Of a stretch of 64,000 nucleotides of DNA, positions 58,362-64,000 are shown in pieces (the stretch's first letter is position 1; the number at the start of each line of letters is the position of its first letter). The stretch comes from Enterobacteria phage T6. Where the stretch lies: the sequence record MH550421. The stretch is one strand, 5' to 3'. The position numbers and the translations under genes were made by a program. The notes under the pieces are model-generated. The model was not told the DNA's origin and ran no database searches. It saw nothing but the letters and a program-made list of their open reading frames with translations.

Positions 58362-60458
58362 TTATCCTTGAACGAACTTGTAAGGCATGTTTGTAATATC
58401 TATGCAAGACGCAATAATTCCAAGAGATGATTCTACTTTCTGTTTAACATTTGATGAAACAAATGATGCAAAGTCAACTCTGTCTTCTATTTCAATATCA
58501 CCTGTCATTGCAACTACTTCACCGGTTTCCATTAAACAGTCTCCGTCATAGATTACCGATTCGGTGAGTTCTTCTGTGGTCATAACTTCAGCTTGAATGA
58601 GTTTTGTATTGTTAGATGTTGTTCCATCATTATTAGAAGCATCAGTTATTTTATTAACTTTGACCATTAATCCGCGCGGTAGAATAACTTCAGCTTCTGT
58701 TGCTATTCCGAGACTTCCTGGATATACAACATTAACTTTATGAGCTCCATCAATTGCCCATCCTATTTGAACTTTAACGTATTCAGGATTTTCTTTATAC
58801 GCTCTTATTTCGTTTGGATTAATAGTTATTCCTTCTTCATTTTTATCAACTGTTAATTCATTGCGAGCTTCTGGTTCTAAAAGACCAATACCAGCATGTG
58901 TAATTCCAAAACGTCCAAAAATGATAGGAGTTAAAGAAGTAGATACAAAATTTCTGAAATAGAATACTTTATTTTTAACTAGCGCTTCGTATATAGGAGC
59001 AGTCATACTTTGAGCACGATAAACTGTAATGCCTTCCGGTATGCGGTCACCATTTTCAAAAGCTGAATCTAAATTATTTATAGCAGATTCAATTTCTTTT
59101 TCACTCATTACATCATATCGTTCTGGATTGTAACGACCTAAAAGAAGATTATTAATGTCTGTATATCCTGAACCACAATACTCTCTAATACCGCGCTTTT
59201 GCGATGGAGTATATTTAGAACCATCACGGGCAATAGTAATATCAATCATTGGGCCTGCACCAATTCCAGAAAAACTATAAATCATTCGTTTGAGGAATTT
59301 AGTTTTTGCTGCATTCCAGGCATTTTTAGTTATTTCTCCCCAGACTTCATCTGGTTGCCCTTTACGAGTTTTATTATGTTTATCAAGCCAATTATCTTTA
59401 TATTCTTCAAAGAATTGATTGACAGCTGCTGCGTATTTCTCTAAACATTTTATTGAAGTAGTTGGTTCATTTTTGATCGCATTAAGAATTACATCTTTAA
59501 TTTTTTCGGAAACTTCATTAACCTCACTTTTTGAAAAGAATTTATAGTCATAGTGAAGTTCATTCGCAGTTCCTTCGGCAATAATTTTTGCTGCCTTAGT
59601 TTTAGAAGCTAATGAATTAATTCCAAGCTTCATTTCTTCTGCTTCGGGAATTAAAGGAGCAGTAGCAGGTTTATTGAAATTAGCTGCGGTAGATTCATAC
59701 TTCTGGAATAATTCACTTTCAAATCTAGAAGATTCCAATGACTGACTTTGTGCAATTGCTCTACGGGAAATTTTAACTTTAACGATTACAGCTTGGTCAG
59801 AACGTTTATCATTTTCTTGTGCAATAGATGCTGCAATTGCCTCATTTTTAGTTACTTGAGCTCCAGTATCTTTATTGATATAAACATCACCGACCTTCGA
59901 TTCAACCTTAGTAAAGAGCTCGGTACTAATTTCCGGAACTCCTGGAATGTCTTCTAGTGATACATTTTTGCGATGTATAAGAATATATGCATACTTTTTA
60001 TCATAATCCCAGAGTTCCTTAAGAAGGACGTATCTTCCACCTGAACGACTACGGATAAGTCTATCAGCAATAACTTGAATTTGTCGAGCTTGGCCAGCAG
60101 TTTTAGACTTAAGAATACGAAGCATGCAGGCATCAATTTTATACTGACGCATTGTTTGCATTGCAACAGTAAAAACTGAATTGATATAATTAATTGGGCT
60201 TGGTCCAAGACCTTTTAATTTAGCAATTGAACCTTTAGCAGTTAATGTAAAAGGAACAATATGCATCATTTTATCGCCCATTTTTAAATCGCGATTAGTA
60301 TCACCTCCGGATGTATAGGTACATAAACGAAAGCCTGGTTGTTCAATTGCATCATCAACATGAACTGAAAAAATTTGCGGTATTTTCTTCTTTGGATTTA
60401 AGTTTGTAATTGGAAGAGTAGTATCTTCGTCAAATAATTCTGTAATGAGTTCCATCAT
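58362..60458 (-). CDS. alt: Alt ADP-ribosyltransferase (698 aa)
   Basis: MMELITELFD...; C-terminal YRAQSM...FVSTSLTP...EAEVILPRG; position next to ligase gene 30. Confidence 0.9.
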   Translation of the reverse strand: MMELITELFDEDTTLPITNLNPKKKIPQIFSVHVDDAIEQPGFRLCTYTSGGDTNRDLKMGDKMMHIVPFTLTAKGSIAKLKGLGPSPINYINSVFTVAMQTMRQYKIDACMLRILKSKTAGQARQIQVIADRLIRSRSGGRYVLLKELWDYDKKYAYILIHRKNVSLEDIPGVPEISTELFTKVESKVGDVYINKDTGAQVTKNEAIAASIAQENDKRSDQAVIVKVKISRRAIAQSQSLESSRFESELFQKYESTAANFNKPATAPLIPEAEEMKLGINSLASKTKAAKIIAEGTANELHYDYKFFSKSEVNEVSEKIKDVILNAIKNEPTTSIKCLEKYAAAVNQFFEEYKDNWLDKHNKTRKGQPDEVWGEITKNAWNAAKTKFLKRMIYSFSGIGAGPMIDITIARDGSKYTPSQKRGIREYCGSGYTDINNLLLGRYNPERYDVMSEKEIESAINNLDSAFENGDRIPEGITVYRAQSMTAPIYEALVKNKVFYFRNFVSTSLTPIIFGRFGITHAGIGLLEPEARNELTVDKNEEGITINPNEIRAYKENPEYVKVQIGWAIDGAHKVNVVYPGSLGIATEAEVILPRGLMVKVNKITDASNNDGTTSNNTKLIQAEVMTTEELTESVIYDGDCLMETGEVVAMTGDIEIEDRVDFASFVSSNVKQKVESSLGIIASCIDITNMPYKFVQG

Positions 60459-60478
60459 ATCCTCTCTAGTGTTTATTC

Positions 60479-60486
60479 TATTTATA
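60479..60486 (-). promoter_or_regulatory. late promoter TATAAATA (alt)
   Basis: Plus TATTTATA about 21 nt upstream of alt start. Confidence 0.5.
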
Positions 60487-60488
60487 AA

Positions 60489-60506
60489 ATTAAAGGCCCG
60501 AAGGCC
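60489..60506 (-). terminator. terminator-like hairpin upstream of alt
   Basis: Minus AAAGGCC-UUCG-GGCCUUU followed by U-rich run. Confidence 0.5.
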
Positions 60507-60507
60507 T

Positions 60508-60696
60508 TTAATAATCTAGTGGTAAGAGAGTACGGTATATTTCAAACTTTGGACCTTTTTCATAGGCATCAAATGTTTCTGTAAATTTATTATAAGCATA
60601 TGCATCTACAAATTCGAGAACGACTTGTGATACAGAAGTAGAAACATCTCCACCTTCTTTTTGAGCTACGACAACTGTTTCTAAGTAAGCTTTCAT
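60508..60696 (-). CDS. hypothetical small protein (62 aa)
   Basis: ORF overlapping ligase stop (ATGA). Confidence 0.6.
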   Translation of the reverse strand: MKAYLETVVVAQKEGGDVSTSVSQVVLEFVDAYAYNKFTETFDAYEKGPKFEIYRTLLPLDY

Positions 60697-62156
60697 AGAC
60701 CAGTTACCTCATGAAAATCACCAAATACATCTTCGAATGTATTAGCTTTAGTTTTATCTTCACGCAAACGAATCGCAATTGGAAGAAATAATTTAACGTA
60801 ATCAGTGCGGCCATCAGATTTTAACCAACCGTTGCATTCGCACTCTAGAATTTTTCCAATATAATAATTTTGGTTTTCCATAATGCGAGTACGGTCAAGT
60901 TCATGTGATTTTACGCCGGCTTTATCTTTTAAGCCTGAACCAGCATTTACCTTAATTTTTCCACACTCTGACTCAAGAATAAATCCACCTGCTTTAGTAG
61001 GGTCTTTACGGTGAGGATAAATTCCTACAATTTTTAAATCAACATCAATTACTTCTTTAAATTTATAGAGATTTTTCGAACGAGCATTTTCCCATAATCC
61101 ATCGATATTTTTGAGAATAATACCTTCAAGACCTTGGTCAATATACTTTTTATAAATTACCTTAGCTTCATCTAGGTTATTTACTACCTGGTTTTCAATT
61201 AAAATTACTTTATCATAGCCTGATGTCATTTGTTCTAATTTAGAAAAACGTACATCATATTTCAAGCGAAATGCTGGAAGACCGTATACTTCTACCAACG
61301 GGACATAATCCCAGACCTGAAACTTCATGCATTGTGCTTCTTTTTCAGAAATGGTTCCCTTTAAAGATTTATTGGCGATGCCATTAGATGCAGTACGTGA
61401 TTCAGCTACTTCTGTGAAGTCTTTAACTTTACTGTTTTCAGGATGAGCATCAAAAAGAAAATCTAGGCCTTCTGGCTCCTTTTTAACTTGCTCATGGTAT
61501 ACCAATTCGCCATCAATTAACACGCCTTCTGGATGAATCTGGCGAGCTTCAGCGGTCATTTTGATTAACTCTTCTTTAAGAAGATCTAATCCTAGATATT
61601 CATTACCAGCTCGTGATAAAAGACGAACATCATCTAATTCATCACCTCTGACTTCAGCAAAGCACCGAGCCCCATCAGCTTTTAACTGGGCAAAGGCTGG
61701 AAATTTAATATTCTTATTAATGCCTTTTTCATCATAAGAACTTGCAAGCATTTGAGGTTGTTCAGGAATTAAACCTGGCCAAACTTTGTTTGCAATAGAT
61801 ACCGAAGCACCGCATTCAAGGTCTCGCATCATCACTCGACGCAAAACTTCAACATCATCTTTTTTACCATCGGTGATGTATCCAGTTAATTCCTCAATTG
61901 CCGCATTTCCAGTCAATTTCCGAGTAGCTAACGTGAATTCAATGAAGTCAAGCATATCAGTAAGAGTCAACATTCCAAAACTCTGGGTAGCAATACCAGG
62001 TTTAGGCCATTTCTTGATATAATACTGTAACCCACGAGAATAAGTCAGACGATATACCCGTTTAAGCAATTCATTATCTTTATTCTTTTCAAGAATTGCT
62101 TGTTTTTGTTTAGTTGAACCAATAGATGCTATTTCGTTCAGAATTTTAAGAATCAT
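60693..62156 (-). CDS. 30: gp30 ATP-dependent DNA ligase
   Basis: 487 aa starting MILKILNEIASIGSTKQKQAILEKNKDNELLKRVYRLTY; adenylation Lys in FAQLKADGARC. Confidence 0.95.
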   Translation of the reverse strand: MILKILNEIASIGSTKQKQAILEKNKDNELLKRVYRLTYSRGLQYYIKKWPKPGIATQSFGMLTLTDMLDFIEFTLATRKLTGNAAIEELTGYITDGKKDDVEVLRRVMMRDLECGASVSIANKVWPGLIPEQPQMLASSYDEKGINKNIKFPAFAQLKADGARCFAEVRGDELDDVRLLSRAGNEYLGLDLLKEELIKMTAEARQIHPEGVLIDGELVYHEQVKKEPEGLDFLFDAHPENSKVKDFTEVAESRTASNGIANKSLKGTISEKEAQCMKFQVWDYVPLVEVYGLPAFRLKYDVRFSKLEQMTSGYDKVILIENQVVNNLDEAKVIYKKYIDQGLEGIILKNIDGLWENARSKNLYKFKEVIDVDLKIVGIYPHRKDPTKAGGFILESECGKIKVNAGSGLKDKAGVKSHELDRTRIMENQNYYIGKILECECNGWLKSDGRTDYVKLFLPIAIRLREDKTKANTFEDVFGDFHEVTGL

Positions 62157-62422
62157 TATTCATCCTTTAGAGTTTGGTTTACAGCTCTATTATAAATCAA
62201 TTCATCATTAAGCTCAGTCAAAGACCTGTGGTACGTGGTTCTAACTTTATTTCCTTGCATCCAGTGCTTGACGTAAATGAAACCTTGCTCTACACATTTT
62301 TTAAAAATTCGTTCGTCTTTTTGAGCTCGGAATTCTGGATTGCATCTAAAAAATTGATTTACGTGACCGTAATCACGTGTAGTATTACCTTCATTTTCAT
62401 AAATAGTGTGAACGACAAACAT
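62156..62422 (-). CDS. 30.1: hypothetical protein (30.1 position)
   Basis: 88 aa; ATGA overlap with ligase start. Confidence 0.7.
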   Translation of the reverse strand: MFVVHTIYENEGNTTRDYGHVNQFFRCNPEFRAQKDERIFKKCVEQGFIYVKHWMQGNKVRTTYHRSLTELNDELIYNRAVNQTLKDE

Positions 62423-63267
62423 TAGAATGCTCCTTGGAAAATATTATCACCACAAGTAGGTCTATTATACAAATACTCTATGCCACCGGGTTTAATATAG
62501 TTCCATGTCTGAAACGGATGCGTCTGATATGGATGATATGGATGATATAGATTATAAGGATTAAATCCAGGAGTTCTCCAGGTAGTGTTCCAAGGAAAAG
62601 AATCGTTTTTAATCATCTTTTCAATTACATCTTTTATAGCTTTTTCACTATCAAAACTTTCTTTATTTTCCTTTGGTGAAAAAAGCTTATTCTCTACATC
62701 ATTCCATGTATAAACTCGCTGAGCAGTTTTTGGAATATTGTCACGCTCCCCTCGAGCCATCCAATAAACAGGAACACTTAATATTTCACTCGCATGATCG
62801 CAGTGGTGAGCGAGATCGTCGATATAACAAATTACGTTATATTTCTCTTTTGCCTTTTTGAACAACTCTTCTTTTGAAGAATCGTGACCACACATCATTA
62901 CTTCTGAGAAGGCACCAGGAAAAAGAGCATTCAAATTAAATTGACGATTCAACAGAGCGTCAATAGAATCACCCAATGCTGTAACAGCTACAAAATTATA
63001 ATATTCTTTTAATTTGTTAATTACACACAGAGCATCTTTGTATGGAGACAAGTAACGAATAAAATCTGAACGATTGTATTTTTCAATTAACTTGACGCCA
63101 AGTTCTTCATCACAATTAAAGAGTTTACCTGGAGAAATAAATTTCTCATCTTGGATCATTTTTAAAATATGTTCTAACGGAAGATTATATTTCTGAGCAA
63201 AATAAGGAAGGCCTGATTGCCAGCTTAAACATACTCCATCAATATCAGTTAAAATAGTAGGCTTCAT
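62422..63267 (-). CDS. 30.2: HAD-like hydrolase candidate (30.2 position)
   Basis: 281 aa; N-terminal LTDIDGVC resembles HAD motif I; C-terminal Tyr/Pro-rich HPYHPY tract. Confidence 0.7.
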   Translation of the reverse strand: MKPTILTDIDGVCLSWQSGLPYFAQKYNLPLEHILKMIQDEKFISPGKLFNCDEELGVKLIEKYNRSDFIRYLSPYKDALCVINKLKEYYNFVAVTALGDSIDALLNRQFNLNALFPGAFSEVMMCGHDSSKEELFKKAKEKYNVICYIDDLAHHCDHASEILSVPVYWMARGERDNIPKTAQRVYTWNDVENKLFSPKENKESFDSEKAIKDVIEKMIKNDSFPWNTTWRTPGFNPYNLYHPYHPYQTHPFQTWNYIKPGGIEYLYNRPTCGDNIFQGAF

Positions 63268-63728
63268 AGAGAGTCTCTTAATAGGTTTAACACATCAATA
63301 AATTCAGCTTCGGTTAGTATTGTATCATCTTTTGTTAGACCACTAGCCATGCTGTGCTTCAAAACTTTTCCTTTCGAGGCTTGTAATGCATCACGAAAGC
63401 CCTTGTTTTGGATCGCTGCTTCAAAATATGCATTTGTGTATAATTCTTTCCACGCCGGGGAATATCTTGAAAATGGAACTCCAAGCCAGAAGAGGGTCCC
63501 ACGGTCCTGAGCTCTAGCATAAGACCTTCCAGCTTGTTGAGCGGCAAGCCCGGATAACCCAAATATACGACGTTGTTGTTCAACATTTTTCACCTTGCAC
63601 CCTTGAAGGAATCCTTCTAGACCTCCAAATTGAATACCATCCATAACGAAAGGCCAATGGGCGAAATTACTTAATGCACATGATGGCCACCTAAAATTAC
63701 TTCTAATCTCTAACTCAGACATTTTCAA
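63264..63728 (-). CDS. 30.3: NADAR/YbiA-like domain protein (30.3 position)
   Basis: 154 aa; LSNFAHWPFVMDGIQFGGLEGFLQGCKV resembles the YbiA/NADAR core FSNFA.WP...G..F...EH.FQ..K. Confidence 0.7.
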   Translation of the reverse strand: MKMSELEIRSNFRWPSCALSNFAHWPFVMDGIQFGGLEGFLQGCKVKNVEQQRRIFGLSGLAAQQAGRSYARAQDRGTLFWLGVPFSRYSPAWKELYTNAYFEAAIQNKGFRDALQASKGKVLKHSMASGLTKDDTILTEAEFIDVLNLLRDSL

Positions 63729-63921
63729 TGCTTATAATTTCAACATCAGCCCAATGACCATAGCAAGGAAGACGAAATTCAACTGGCCAGTTAGGGTCCT
63801 TTTCTAATATAATAGACTTAACTTGTGGTTCTTCGTGTTCATCAGTATATGGATTTTTATCTGTTACTTTATATGTGACCTTAATGTACTGAATTCCAAA
63901 AATCTTATTAATTATATTCAT
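63715..63921 (-). CDS. hypothetical small protein
   Basis: 68 aa ORF overlapping 30.3 start. Confidence 0.55.
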   Translation of the reverse strand: MNIINKIFGIQYIKVTYKVTDKNPYTDEHEEPQVKSIILEKDPNWPVEFRLPCYGHWADVEIISIENV

Positions 63922-64000
63922 ACTAATTCCTTTAATCCGTAAATAGGAGATAATTCATCACCCATACGAAGGTCTTCATTTCCATCTACCCAGGAAACAA
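63919..64000 (-). CDS. hypothetical protein, partial (5' end beyond window end)
   Basis: Open minus-strand frame from window edge to TGA at 63919-63921 overlapping the next ATG. Confidence 0.4.

Noticed and set aside
62515-62545. Short tandem repeat GGATGATAT x2, considered as a possible repeat array
   Set aside because: Only two copies, lying inside the 30.2 coding frame where it encodes HPYHPY; no spacer-repeat architecture, so not a CRISPR array.

Overview
The window reads as a near-colinear block of a T4-like (Tevenvirinae) phage genome; all identifications are by eye from the sequence and the ORF track, with no database search or RNA-folding program run. Minus-strand early region (1-8040): small early genes behind GTTTAC-type early promoters, a tRNA cluster (Gln, Leu, Gly, Thr-like, CAU, Tyr, Arg) with a segB-like GIY-YIG gene, two internal-protein-like genes carrying a capsid-targeting leader, then 57B, 57A, 1, 3, 2, 4. 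Plus-strand late region (8088-41094): baseplate 53, 5, 5.4, 6-11, short tail fibre 12, fibritin, 13, 14, 15, terminase 16/17, sheath 18, tube 19, portal 20, head core 67/68/21/22, major capsid 23, vertex 24. Then rnlB, 24.2, 24.3, hoc, inh, uvsW, uvsY, baseplate hub 25, 26, 51, 27, 28, 29, 48, 54, two tandem Alt ADP-ribosyltransferase genes, DNA ligase 30 and 30.1-30.3. Many TATAAATA late promoters and GC-rich tetraloop terminators are visible. Departures from T4 as I recall it: three extra HNH-type endonuclease genes (13/14, 18/19 and uvsW/uvsW.1 junctions), a remodelled tRNA set including a Thr-like gene whose acceptor stem does not pair, single-base frameshifts in A-runs splitting hoc and uvsW, a full-length second alt paralog, and a NADAR-like gene (30.3). 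No CRISPR array, rRNA or integrase was seen. I did not find a clearly novel multi-gene system; the strongest candidates for undescribed biology are the internal-protein cassettes and the Alt/NADAR neighbourhood.
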